Under the pieces are notes generated by a model that was given only the letters and a program-made list of their open reading frames with translations, made no database searches and was not told where the DNA came from. Positions 50,740-63,044 of a stretch of DNA of 63,044 nt are shown piece after piece. Position 1 is the first letter of the stretch, and each line of letters starts with the position of its first letter. The translations under genes and the position numbers were made by a program. This stretch comes from Psammoneis japonica (Eukaryota): assembly GCA_008632985.1 (NCBI GenBank), contig QPGO01000309.1, forward strand, positions 1-63,044. Reading direction: 5' to 3'.

Positions 50740-52650
50740 GGAAGAATCTAGAACACAACAAGCATGGGATTCTTGTTTTGCTGCTTGGTGAACAGTTGAT
50801 GAAAAGGTGATGATGTGCATCATTGCTGCTGTTTTGGAGAGAGGATGGTGGTGGCAAAAATGTGTCTCTTGACCAGCTAACTTGTTGGTGGTGGTGTGAG
50901 AGCATCATGCAATCACTGCACCTCTTGGTGGCAGCAGTGTCCACTCAATCTTTAACCAGGTCTCATCTTGTTCCACACCCAGTCTGATGTGCTGGAGAAA
51001 GTGGCGGCGAATGCTGGCATGGCTCTTGGCACAATGTGTGTGCCAGTGCTCACCACCAGAGGTGACACGCCATTTTGTCTTTTTCAAAGCACAGTGCAGC
51101 AGGAGCACAAAGTCATCTTGCCAGGATGAGGTTGGCACTGTGGGTTGCATGCCAGCTTTGCATGGATGCAATGACAAAGGCAGTGGTGCTGACATGCAAA
51201 GAAACTCACAACAAAATTGAGGTGGCGCCATTGTGGTGTGTGCATGTCCAGCAATTTTGGTGGATGATTTTTCAGCCTGTGGAGACAAAGAGGTGTGCTC
51301 AATCATGGGGCGCTGCTGTTGGGGACGCGTTCCAGGTCTAGGTGGGACCTCGTACTACTGAACTGTGACATCGATAGTTTTTTGAGTCTCGTCGTATGTC
51401 GCGCACGTAGATTTCTACGTGATTTTTTCGATATTTTGTGTCATTTTACGGTACACTTATTGAGCGATCCGTCGAACAACTTTTGACATTTTTTGTTACA
51501 GCGCGATTCTACAATGTCTTAAGAATCGCGTAGGGCAGGCGAAGTTGCAAAAACGTCGAGTGGTAAGAGGCATAATTGTACCACAAACTTGGCCGTTTAT
51601 TTGATGTTGAAGATAAACATATCCATTAATTAAATTCTCGTACTACGGAGCTCGCACGTAGAATTCTACGGGCCCAATGTCACACGGAGTCCCACCTAGG
51701 GCTGGAACGCGTCTGGGAGAGGCAGCAGAGCACAAGGGGAAATGCAGCACCGCCAGGAGTGACCCAACAATGGTGTGCATGAATTCTCTTGCTCTGATGG
51801 CCACAACTTGCGTGCTGCTGACTTTGGTGCTCTTTTGTTCACACTCAAGCAAGCACAGTGAGGGCATTTGAGAAATCACTTGCTCAAAACCATGTTGTTG
51901 CAGGCTGTGTTTTTTGAAAAACAAAAGTGGCACAAAATGCAGAAAAGCAGCCATGCTTTGCTGCTCCAAGAGCCAGCTTGGTTGGTGGCAAAGATGAAAA
52001 AAGAACAACTGGGTGTTGTTGCCAGCCACTTGTCAGCCATCAGACCAATGGTGCCTTGTTGTGTGCCTTGCCACCAGAATGATGCTCTCATCCAAGTCCA
52101 ACAGCAACCTTTTTGGAAAAAGTTTGGGCACTTTCAAGCCAACAATGAGCTCTGCTGCCCTCCAGCTCAATTGTGTCATTGTTGGATGGGAACACGGGAG
52201 GAGACAATCATGCACATGATGCGTGTGCATGACTCCTCCTCTCCATTGCTGCAAAACACATGGAGAAAATAATGTGCAAATTTGTTGCAGAGCAGTGGTG
52301 CACAACAAATCATGTGGGAGTGTCTTTTGGAAGTTTCCTTGGTTCACACAAGAGTGCCAAGAAAGAGGCAAGTGGGAGCCCTCCAAGGTGCTCCAGCAGA
52401 GAGAGGAGAGGTGCTTGTTTTGGGCTCCCCCTCTTTGCCCTGAGGTGTGAAAAAGACAGTGACAACCTTGCAATCTCAAGTTTGCCATGATTTGACCAAG
52501 TTGGACGGGAGGGTCCGTGTCACTGCTCCATTGTCACTGGGGATCCTTGACGTTTTCGTTCCATGTTGTGCACCTCCGCTGCTCGACACGAAACTGAGGG
52601 ATCCATTCGATTCGAATCATCGTGTCCTGCGCGTTGAAAAAATCTCAAAC
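50740..52650. other. TpA-depleted decayed domain 7, interrupted by a TA-intact MITE
   Basis: TA essentially absent on both sides of 51324-51713. Confidence 0.8.
51324..51713. mobile_element. MITE copy E (youngest-looking, TpA intact), 390 bp
   Basis: 24-bp TIRs gacgcgttccag(gt/cc)ctaggtggga, 22/24 match; TSD tggg. Confidence 0.92.
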
Positions 52651-53138
52651 GGCAGAATTCGTACTGTACCACAAACTAGCTGTAGATTTCTACAGGAATT
52701 CTTTCCATGTTGAACTTGAACTTGACTTGTCGTAGAATCTTGTCGTACGTACAGCTTCTGTGAAGACATACTAGGTTTTACGGATGATGGACAGAACAAT
52801 GTTCTCATTGCACTTATTGAACTGGTCATCATGACGTCATTACTGACAATTGTTCCATGATTTTCACACGTTTTGATTGGTTGGTTGCTCAGAGGTGATG
52901 TTCTACTCGCCTGTGCAGAATTCATCCACACATACTCCGTACAAAGAATGTCCATCGATCGGCGCACGTTGTCGACGCTCTCTTGTCACAAACTCAACGC
53001 TCACAGTGCGCTGTCACGCAATTCTCTCTACTAGTCGGATGCTTTTCCGCCACCCTCTAGTAGACAAAAGCTTGTGATTTTGAAACGATCCAAGCTATCC
53101 CCAATTATTTGTGAAGGATCTTTAGCCGCAGCATCATC

Positions 53139-53744
53139 ATGTTGTTGTTGAGAACGTTCAACTTGTTCTTGGCATTGTGCTGCTGCCATTGTTGGATCAT
53201 GATGATTCCATTATCGGTGGTCATGGCCCATGCGCATACTACTAGTACGAGTCAGTCTTTTTGCAATCTTGCCATGTACGAGGAAAACCAAGAATGTAAC
53301 ATCCAAGAATCATCCAATACCATTGTACAGAAAAGTCGAGTGCAGGGAGATCATTGTGCCTCCTTGTGTGGAATCGAATTGTGTCTTGCCGGTGACCATG
53401 ATGTAGTGGAATGTTGTGTCCATGCCGACGTACTTCGTGATTCCCAGGATATTTCTCGAGTATTGACATTGCCCGACCATGTCCAACAAGTACGTGTCGT
53501 GTGTGAAATGGGATTTGAGTACAGTACTACTACTTCAAGTCAAGAAACAAACTACGAAGATGACGAACTCTCCAACAAGAGTCATCTTTTACAAACGGTC
53601 CCTTGCATTTTTTTCGCCCTTGTCATTTTTGTGGGTGGTTTTTCGTTTGTCAGAAAACTACAACAACGAGTTCTTGATCATGACGGTGGAGACACGGTCA
53701 AAATGAATGACGATCAAGATTTGTCGGGAACCTTTGGTCTTTGA
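53139..53744 (+). CDS. Small single-pass membrane protein with Cys-rich ectodomain, paralogue 2 (201 aa)
   Basis: Homologous to 49904-50497. Confidence 0.8.
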   Translation: MLLLRTFNLFLALCCCHCWIMMIPLSVVMAHAHTTSTSQSFCNLAMYEENQECNIQESSNTIVQKSRVQGDHCASLCGIELCLAGDHDVVECCVHADVLRDSQDISRVLTLPDHVQQVRVVCEMGFEYSTTTSSQETNYEDDELSNKSHLLQTVPCIFFALVIFVGGFSFVRKLQQRVLDHDGGDTVKMNDDQDLSGTFGL

Positions 53745-54465
53745 GATGCAGCAGCAGCGCTCGTCCTCGAGACGAACTTTTTTTGTAAACAAAATTGTAT
53801 AAAAGAGCAATACACCCATCATTCTTTATAGAGTTCATGGTGATTTTGTTGTGACTCTAGAGGAGTGTTATATCAAGTCAGTGCTTCCTATAAACTATAC
53901 ACCATAGCGCATGGAAACTAGAATTGTTGTTGTTTGAGTCGTCTAGACTGGGTATAGAGATCCGTTCCAGAGAAAAACCAATGAATCAAACCGTGGCGAT
54001 TGTGTAAAAACATGCTCTGCCAAACCAACATTTTGTATAAACTTAACGGTATACTACACACACACACACACAGTTCCAAAAATAGCTTGGTATATGCACG
54101 AGACGAGACAATATGGATCCTTTTTTCGAGAGAGAGTTCTAGCTCGATACACACACAAGATTGTGCAAAATGGTACGATAGTATAGAGTCCAAGCGGCGA
54201 GACCCCCCCCCGCAAAAGCATTTATAGCCAGTATATTCTTTTTTGCTCCATAGCGTATCTATTCCACATGTGTTTTCGGGGTGACACTTGTTTTGCCTAC
54301 TGGATAATGATGCGATAACCGCGCACCTTTCTTTCTTGTCAAAGAATACGCTGTAGCAACAAACGGCAACGCTTCGAACGATAATATGCCCACTCGCAAT
54401 TCGTAACGAAATAGGACACTTCTTTTTTAAATTAGCATTCCGCACTATACTTGGTATTTTTAATA

Positions 54466-56340
54466 TTATTGCTGTTCCTTTTCACTCTTGTCGGCGGATA
54501 ATTTCCGTACAGCAACATTTTGGTCGTCGTCCTTGGAAGCATGATGTGGTTTGAGAATGCTTCGACTAAACAAATCGTATTGATCATGAGTCGCCGCATG
54601 ATGGAGTAACGTTTTCTTTTCCACATGATAGTCTCCCTTGACAATACCCACGGTATTGTCCATGACGTCGGTAGGGATCGTACTTTGCAACAAGGCACTC
54701 ACAAAGGTTGTCTTTGTAGTAGTAGCATGGAGTTCATCTTGTGCTGTCGTAGTAGTTGCATCACACGGAGCTGCCGTTTCCAAATCACCACCGCCACTCA
54801 TGTTGCTGCATTTACTCACATCGTCACCATTGTTTCGATAATGTTTTCGTCCGAGTCTCTTTTTAAATTGCGGTTTCTTCATTAACGCATTTCGTGCCGC
54901 CACGGCTTCGGCCGAATAATCGGAATGCGGAAAGACAAAAATATGAACAATGGCACCGACAAACATTTCGATACAAATCAAATAATCCTGAAGTCCCTTG
55001 GCAACGTCTTCGGACGTCCATTCATTGTTGTAATGTGGAATCATGCCCGCTTGATAGAGCATGGATATTCCCACACTTTGCCACCATGTAAAGAATACCA
55101 ACGCCTTGACCGATAAGAATTTACCGACGGGTCGAATGGGAGACAGCTCATTCTTGGTCGCATAATAAAAGAAAATCAAACAATACAGAGCCCAACATTG
55201 CGATGTATTGGTCAAGATACAGATATACAGATATCCCGACGTGAATCCAAAATCCCCCTCCTTGTAGAGTCCATGCAATTCCAAAATCATGACAAAGACA
55301 CTCGAGACCGCTTTGAGCAAGACGTATTGCAAGACACCAAATTTGCACTTTACAAAAAAGGGACTCGTCCATTCGACTGTACCACTCTTGTTGGTTTTGG
55401 GTTGTCCCATGAGCCACGGTTTGACACACCATTGCAATCCCCACATGTGTACACCACGGGTCGGTGACTTGTCTTTTAATAGCAAAATCAAGGCCTCTTG
55501 TCCACCCAAAACTTCAATTAGAAACTGCAAAAAGTTGTAAAGCACATAGGCTTCATAACAATCTCTTAATGTCTCAATATAGATTGCAAATTCGTGAAAT
55601 CGCAAACACAACCACGATTCCAAACTGTAAATGGGAACCATCCATAATATGCGAACAATGTAGCATTGAATCTGAGCTTGATTGTAATTGGCCAAATGCA
55701 TGACGATGCCATACATGCTGATTGGAAATCCCAACAACACAAAGGCACCCGCAGAAAACCAGGCAATCAAGTGTGGGTCCGTGCTATAGTAGACATAATA
55801 TAGTTTTTGAATAGCAGCAGAATTGAGTTATAAAAGTAAGTAAAACATTACAAGTACGCATACAAACCATCCTATACCATATATACACACATCATGTCAT
55901 TACTCAGCCACTTACCCGTTGTTTTTTAGTTCATACGAATACCACACTACACACAGTACCATGCCCACGAGCGAAAACCAAAACGTGAGTTTCGCTAGTA
56001 TATTCATGAGTTGTGACATACTTTGATAACAGGAATCGGTGGGTGTAGGACATTTTCGAAATATAAACCGGACCGTATTTTTCAGAGCTGCCAGTGGTCC
56101 ATTTCGTTTTTTCAAAGGAAGAATCGATTGTTGAGCATCATCGTCTTCGTCTTGTAGCGAACGCGTGCGGCGCAATCGTGGTTCTGTTTCTAACGTTACC
56201 ATGAGCGGTGTCATGAGCAAGTGTTCTTGTTCTTCATCATCATTAGCATTGTTGTTGTTGTGAAGGGGTTGTGTTGTTGTTGTGGATGGTAATGAGGTAG
56301 TCATGCTGTTGTTTTTAGGATGACTAGAGGATAACGCCAT
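54466..56340 (-). CDS. TMEM184 / organic solute transporter alpha family protein. Intron 55784-55915.
   Basis: IVRILWMVPIYS, RDCYEAYVLYNF, GVLQYV, KFLSVKALVFFTWWQ and QDYLICIEMF are family motifs. Splicing gives NNG|TDPHLIAW. Confidence 0.92.
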
Positions 56341-56746
56341 GGTGTTTTGTTTTGCGTTTGTTCGTGCTGGACGAAAATGACGCGTGTTGTGAAGCAAACA
56401 TACTGGGGAGAGCGTAGAATCTACGGCGAGTGTGGTGTGTGGACCTGAAAGCGACGGACGGACGGACGGTCATTTGTGTGAAACCATCATATCAAAGGAA
56501 CAGGCACCTAAATATGATGACTGGAAAATGATACAAAGCAGCTCGTCCGCGTCCGATCGATTCGGGATGATTCTATTCGCCATTTCAAACTCTTGTCTCT
56601 AGCGGGAAAAATTGCATTACAAATGTAATTGACAATTAAAACAGTCATGGAGAGTAAATAGTGTAGTTATAATGTAAGTCACGGATGATGTTTAAAAATG
56701 CACGCTTCCAAACAAAAGGCTGTTTCTGGGACGTCAAACGGTGGCC

Positions 56747-58865
56747 TCATTCCTGCGCCATTACAGCCATCACGTTTGCAATGCTGCGACGAACGGTTGC
56801 CGTGAGATGATGGTTGTTGCCCAAGACGGCTTCCCAAATCTCAAGAGCCTTGCGATATTCCACCAAGGCTTCTTCAAACTTGCCCAGGTTTTCAAGAGTC
56901 GTGCCAATGTTGTTGTAACTTGATGCCGTGTTTGGATGCTTCTCGCCCAAGACGGTTTTACGAATGGCAAGAGCCTTGCGAAGTTCCACCAAGGCTTCTT
57001 CAAACTTGTCCTGATTGTTTAGAATTGATCCAATGTTGTTGTAACTTGTTGCCGAGTCGGCATGATTCTCGCCCAAGACGGCTTCTCGAATGGCAAGAGC
57101 CTTGCGACATTCCACCAAGGCCTCTTCAAACTTGCCCTGATTTGCAAGAGTCGTGCCAATGTTGTTGTAACGTGTTGCCGTGTCGGGATGATTCTCGCCC
57201 GAGACGGCTTTGTCAATTGGAAGAGCCTTGCGATATTCCACCAAGGCTTCTTCAAACTTGCCCTGATTTTCTAGAATCGATCCAATGTTGTTGTAACTTG
57301 TTGCCGCGTGCGGATGATTTGGGCCCAAGACGGCTTCTCGAATGGCAAGAGCCTTGCGATATTCCACCAGGGCTTCTTCAAACTTGCCCTGCTTGTTTAG
57401 AATTGATCCAATGTTGTTGTAACTTGTTGCCGTTTCGCATGATTCTCGCCCAAGACGGCTTCTCGAATGGCAAGAGCCTTGCGATGTTCCACCAAGGCTT
57501 CTTCAAACTTGCCCTGATTGTTTAGAACCGATCCAATGTTGTTGTAACTGTGGGCCGTGTCGGGATGATTCGGGCCCAAGACGGCTTGATAAATGGTAAG
57601 AGCCTTGCGATGTTCCACCAAGGCTTCTTCAAACTTGCCCTGTTTGTTTAGAATCAATCCAATGTTGTTGTAACTTGTTGCCGTGGAGGATGATTCTCGC
57701 CCAAGACGGCTTGACAAATGGCAAGAGCCTTGCGACATTCCACCAAGGCGGCATCGTGTTCTCCATTTCCATCATAAATTACCCAATGTTGTTGGCAATG
57801 AGCAAACTCGAGTCGTTCTTCATTTGTGGAACCACTCCCGTCAAGTACTTTTGCTTGGTCCGTCACAAACCCATGCAACACGTCTCGTACCCATTTCCGC
57901 AAATAAACATTTACACGGTGGTTGGTGGCATTACATCCTCCCTCTTGATCTTCAAGAAGACCAATTATGAATTTGCGATCCGCCTCCTCGCTCGCCTCTC
58001 CATTTTCAACTCTTGTGTTGGATAGTGTTTCGTAGAGAGAATCAATGCGCCTTGCACCTTCCTTTTTCCTATCAATAATAAGAACGTTCACGAGACTCTC
58101 CTTTTGATGCGGTGGCATGGCTATAGTCACGTTGCAGTCCTCACCCTTTTCGATAGCAGTAACTATTTCAAAGATGCACCATACTCGAGAAAGGTATGCT
58201 GGCTTTTCCCACGGCGACATCATGCAGACGATTCGCCCAATACCCGTCACGCTGGTATAAAACTCCTCGACAAGGTCTTGAGTTGTTACTCCTCTTGCTA
58301 CATTGTGTTGGTTGACACAAAAGCAACAAATCCAAAAATAGGTTCGTTTGGGATCGAGTTGATTCGTTTCACAGAACCCAACGAGTGTATCGATAATGTC
58401 CCCAACCGTGTATCTAAAGAAAAAGTGACGGAACTCACTAGTCATTCACATATGCACAGAAATGGCGCTTGTCTCAGACAACAAATACACAAACAGATGT
58501 ACTTACTCCCATGTATAGCTCAGCATATGAGTAGCATCTCCGACATTATCCTCACCCTCCAACGCGTGCACAAACGCCGCTCCTTTTCTGCCAGTAATGG
58601 GACACGTCACGTTGGCACTACTTTTACGAAGAAAGCCTTTCTTTCGTCCACGCACATTTTCTAAATCGTGTATAGTAGAATGGCGACCGAGTTTCCGTTT
58701 GTACGAACGAATTTCCTTCAACAATCGATTCTGTAGGTAATCCACACTGACACCGCGGTACTTTGGATTGCCCTTGAGCTTTGGGTCCTTAATTTCCAGC
58801 GCTTTTAATGGAGTCGGCTCTCTTTTAGTGGTGGGTTGCGTGGTGGTGGATGCTGTACATCCCAT
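56747..58865 (-). CDS. HET/TIR-like N-terminal domain plus about 7-8 42-aa TPRs (kinesin-light-chain type). Intron 58414-58506; about three frameshifts between 57430 and 57800.
   Basis: MGCTAS N-terminus; LSYTW|EY, YFWICCFCVNQH, YLSRVWCIFE; 126-bp repeats HPxTAxSYNNIG..QGKFEEALVE.RKAL. Confidence 0.8.
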
Positions 58866-59149
58866 TATGACAAAAGGAGCAGCGCAGTTCCGTCACTTCA
58901 GCAAACGCAACACACAACTTCTTCTTTTTGTGTTTTCTCTTTTCTTGTGTTTGGTGTTGCCTGCGAGATGCACGGATCGAATTTTTGATGTGTGAGTAGA
59001 CTTCTACGGCAGAAATGTACCAGAGTGAGTCGAGTCACGGGGTACCTTTCTCCTGTCCGCGACTGACGGTCTTGCCTCTCGTTTGACACCACAAGCTTAG
59101 CTTGGAGCGGAAGCAACAGCAACAGTAGAGACTTTAACAACACCGCGAT

Positions 59150-62100
59150 GCCATCATTCTCCTTGTGTGAGAAATGAGACTGCATTGGAATTGTTGGTGC
59201 CACTTGGTGAAAAATGATTTGAAAATTCGGCATTCATCGGGAAACCAATCTCGGCACTGTTGTTTTCTCTCTGCTGGCAGCATCAGCACACAATGCGGAT
59301 GTGATGAATTTCAACCAACTGTGCAAAGAACACATGCAATTGCACATGTGCATGGCTTGCTGTTTTGCAGCATTGATGAACAGAGCAAGCGGCAACAAAC
59401 TGCAATGCCAAAAACAATTTTGGGCAAAATCTCACTCGTCACAAAAACATCCATCAGCAAGTCACCACATCGCAGCAGATGTGAGAGCTGACCAATCAGT
59501 TTCATTTCTTTTTCCGCAACTGATCAATTGCATTCATGACAAAAATGCCCATCAGAAAATCAGTTCCTTGCAGCTGTGAGAGCTGTCATCACCAATCAGC
59601 TTCGTCTCTTTTTCCGCAGCTGATCAACCGCGTTCTTCGTGATTGGGGTGCTGCAAAGCAGATCTGCCGGCACTGCAGTGTGGTGGCTGCTGGCACTCTT
59701 GGCTCTCTGCTGCACTGCTCTCTGGCAGAGCTGGCTCTCTGGTGGCTGGCAGAGAGCAGTGAAACAGACTCCACTGTGTCAGCTGCTCCAAGAAGTGTCC
59801 ATCTGCCTCTGCAGGAGCTGCGACCAGCCAGCCGGTTTGGCAACAAAAAGATGTGCAAGCCAGAATGAGCAACCCACTGCCGCAGTGTTGGCAACACCTC
59901 ATCAACTCCAACAGGAATTCTGTTGTGGTCTCTCTGCAGAAGATGTCCTCTGTCAATCCAATGGCAAATTCTTTGCCACACTGATGGACTTCATTGTCAA
60001 CAGTGCCTTCTGTTGAGCTGCAATCCTCTCACTTGCAGGTGCCATCTTTGGAGCATCCTTCAAAATGCCTTGATGCAACAATTCTTGAGTGTGCCATTGC
60101 CACAAATCTTGGAGTCATTTGTTTGCAACTTGTGCGGTTGACTCGAGATGCTTGTCAAGAGGTCATGGAAGCTGCAAATGCTGGTGTTTTTGAGCACGGC
60201 AGATTCAGTGGCAATTCATGCACAGTGTGGGTGCTGGACTTGGGTCGCCATTCTCTGTCAAACTCTGCTGCATGGTGTGACAGGCTTTGATGGCTGCTCT
60301 GCATTGACATGCCACCCAAACACTCTTTTGTTGAGTGTGTGGGTTGACTGCATGATGAGGAGAGAACAAGGAGAAGCAGGCACTGCTCTCGCTGCTTGTT
60401 GTTGATGTGCCTTGAGCCTGTTGCATTGCGCGCCATGGCACTCTCATTTTCGCACAAAAAAATGCATGTCCTTGTCCATGTGTGCTCTTGGGGTCAGGGT
60501 TGGCTCATGGTGCAGGGCACGGCCATCAAGCATGCTTGCATGCTTGCGGTGTTCAAATGTTGGCTTCCATGCACTTGACAACCTCAGCTGAGCTGGGGTG
60601 TGCAGCTGGGACATGTGGAGACAGCTCTGCTGGCAAGGAAGATGCCCTCTCCCAGTGCTCACCAAGCTGGGAAGCTGGGCCAGAGGGTGGGGACAATCAA
60701 GCTGTCAACATCATCTCTTTTTTCTTCTTTTTTTCTCTTTGGAGCAATTGCCGAAGAGAGTGGAACAGAGCGGACACACGAGCTTGGTTTGGCTTTGCCA
60801 GTGTTTGAGAAATCCTGAAACAAATGGCCAGAGTGAGAGACAGTTGCCTCTGCCTTCTGGGGAACACCCTGGAAATGAGGCCAATTTTGTGGGAGGGAAC
60901 ACCTGAAAGGGCCAAGGGGAGGGGAAAACAAAAAGGAGAAGATTGCGACAATGTGCGGCAATGACATTCGGGTGGGTGTGCTGTTGGTCCCATGCATGCT
61001 CCAGGCCAGCTGGCCATCCATCCCACATGACGGCTTGGAAGTGAACGCACAGTGTGGCTGGCAGTTGGATGGGCAACAGCTGCAAGATGCAGGGTGTGTG
61101 TGGCTGTGCCAAGTGTTGACAAGACAACAAGTGACAGTCACCTCTTCCAGCTCCTGCAGAATGGTGAGAGAGGTGCCTGGAGTTGCCAGCAGATCTCCCC
61201 TCATTTTTTAAGCAGCCCCTGATTTTGCCGGAGCACTGCTCATTGCACAACCTTTTGAAGAGAGTGCCCCAGCCTTGTCATTGACAACAGGGCCTTTGAA
61301 GGCTGGCTTGGCCTCCCCACATGTGACCTCGTCAACAACTTTGTGCCAAGTGCCGAGCACTTTGCAGAGCTTTCTCAATGATGGTGGGTCTCAAACTGCC
61401 CAGCTCTCCAAGAAGCAAGCCACACCCTTCACACCACCTCATGTTGCTTTGGCTTTTCAACACACACAACACAAACAGTGTGTTTGACAAGTTGGCTGTG
61501 GTCGTCACCCAAGCTGTGCAAGCATCTTGCCTCCTTGTGCACAAGCGCCGCACTGTCGCCCTGCTTTGTTGTTTCTGTTTGCCTGCATCCTGGAACTTTG
61601 ACCCCAGTGTTTTTGCCAAGTCAAGTGTGCACATGGCTCTTCAAACCAAATGGTTGGTGCCAGGATTTGGCAGGCTTTCAGCTGGGAAATGCTCCAGTGC
61701 CCTGCAGCAGCTTGGTCATTGTGCACAGCTCTGCACCGTCAACTCTGCTCACATGTTTGCATGATGCATTTTTGCTCTCACACCACACAGCTCACAAGAA
61801 CAGCAGCACTCATTTTGGCACTTGCAATGGCCCCTGGGTGCGGCAACTCATTTGCTGTGTGGGCAGAGAGGAGGGCACAAAGCAGTTGTTTTGTCTGCCA
61901 CATGTGTTCTCCCTGCAGCGTCATCTCACAACAAACCACACATGATGACAGGTGGTGCCGGATGTGCTGTGTGGTGCTTGACCAATGTTGCTCTTGTTCT
62001 TGAGCCTTTTTTGCTGCAACATTTTTCCACACAGATGACAAGGCCAAAAAATCATCTTTGTTCTTGGCAGAGAGAGCAGGCTGGTTCTGTCCCCCCCAGC

Positions 62101-63044
62101 AAAAATGAAGCCTGTCAAGCATGATTTGCCACCTCTTCACAGACTCCTCCTTTGGCTTTGGTTGTTCAAAAATTGCAGCACAAGTGCATGCAAAAAATGT
62201 GGTTTCTTGCAGGTGCCCACCTTGCAGCTTTGGAAAAGCCAAAGTTGCCTGGAGAGGCGCAGCTTTGTTGGCTGGGCAAAAAGGCCAGCACTTTTGAACT
62301 TCTGGCGCCTGTCGTGGCTGCTGGGGCTCTTTCTTTCAGCTTTGTTGCTCTTGGAGCGGCTGTCACTGTGACTTGGTGAAGACTCTTGAAGGATGTTTTC
62401 TTGCTCTTTTGTGTGTGGGAGCGAGCCACTTTTCAAACCCTGCAAAGATCTGGCGCTTGTTCTGTGTCTGCCTTTGTCATGAGACAATGGACACCCAGGT
62501 TGGGCCCATCTTTGGAGCTGCTCTTGGCTGTCTTGACAGCATCAACGAAGCCCATGATGGCACATGGGGTTCAAAGCTGAGCAGCGACGGCCCAACAAGC
62601 CAAAAGTGATTTTCCAGAGCCTTGGCTCAGTTGTTGAGTGCCCTGATGTTCTGGCTGTCAATGCGCATTCGCCACACAAGAATCTGGGCTGCTTGTCTGA
62701 CCATGGGGAGCGTGGGCACAGCGGCACTTCCTTCCATTGCCAAAATGTCCTTGGAAGACTTGCCCACAGAATGATCTGAAGACAATCATGAGGAGTTGGC
62801 AGCTGTTCTTGGCACTCTGTTCTTCTTGAAATCGAACATTGATGAGTGCACGGTGGCGGGCGTCATGAGACAAAAATGCAGTCACAACAACTCATCAGTG
62901 TGCAGCACTCAACAGCATTGACACATCTCCACAATTGCATCAAATCTGTTGACATGCAAGTCTTGCAGTGGCAACACTTTCGACAAATGAGCCTCTACAA
63001 AGGTTGCCGTGTGTCTTCTGGGCGGCTGCTTTCTTGCACGCGGC
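59150..63044. other. TpA-depleted decayed domain 8, running off the window end
   Basis: TA loss; short imperfect repeats accaatcag..ttttccgca.ctgatcaa at ~59490-59630. Confidence 0.8.

Noticed and set aside
1..63044. Hundreds of 60-280 aa ORFs in all six frames in the decayed domains
   Set aside because: Loss of TA removes TAA/TAG stops and inflates ORF length. The products lack Tyr, are Cys/His-rich and show no recognisable domains.
59150..63044. Assigning transposon superfamilies to the large decayed domains
   Set aside because: I could not recognise diagnostic transposase or RT motifs by eye. A translated profile search after restoring TG/CA to TA would be needed.

Overview
Eukaryotic nuclear DNA, most likely a diatom or other stramenopile (inferred from the ~90-130 bp GT-AG introns and the gene families present). 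The window alternates between two kinds of sequence. Gene islands have ordinary composition. About eight domains of decayed repeat or transposon DNA, together more than half the window, have almost no TpA dinucleotides. Homologous copies inside the window (a ~390-bp MITE family and a tRNA-Thr array) show TA replaced specifically by TG or CA, progressively with element age and largely independently of CpG decay. This points to a repeat-targeted A:T>G:C hypermutation process at TpA, the best candidate here for an undescribed system. The gene islands hold three immune-type genes: a cassette-built LRR-ANK-coiled coil-LRR-TIR-Kelch-TIR gene, a CHAT-P-loop-Macro gene and a HET/TIR-like-TPR gene. They also hold a duplicated pair of glycosyltransferase-like genes, a tandemly amplified gene with possible LAGLIDADG motifs, two small Cys-rich membrane paralogues and a TMEM184-family transporter. 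Most short six-frame ORFs in the TA-free domains are artefacts of lost TAA/TAG stops. All domain calls are by eye from motifs; no searches or counts were run.
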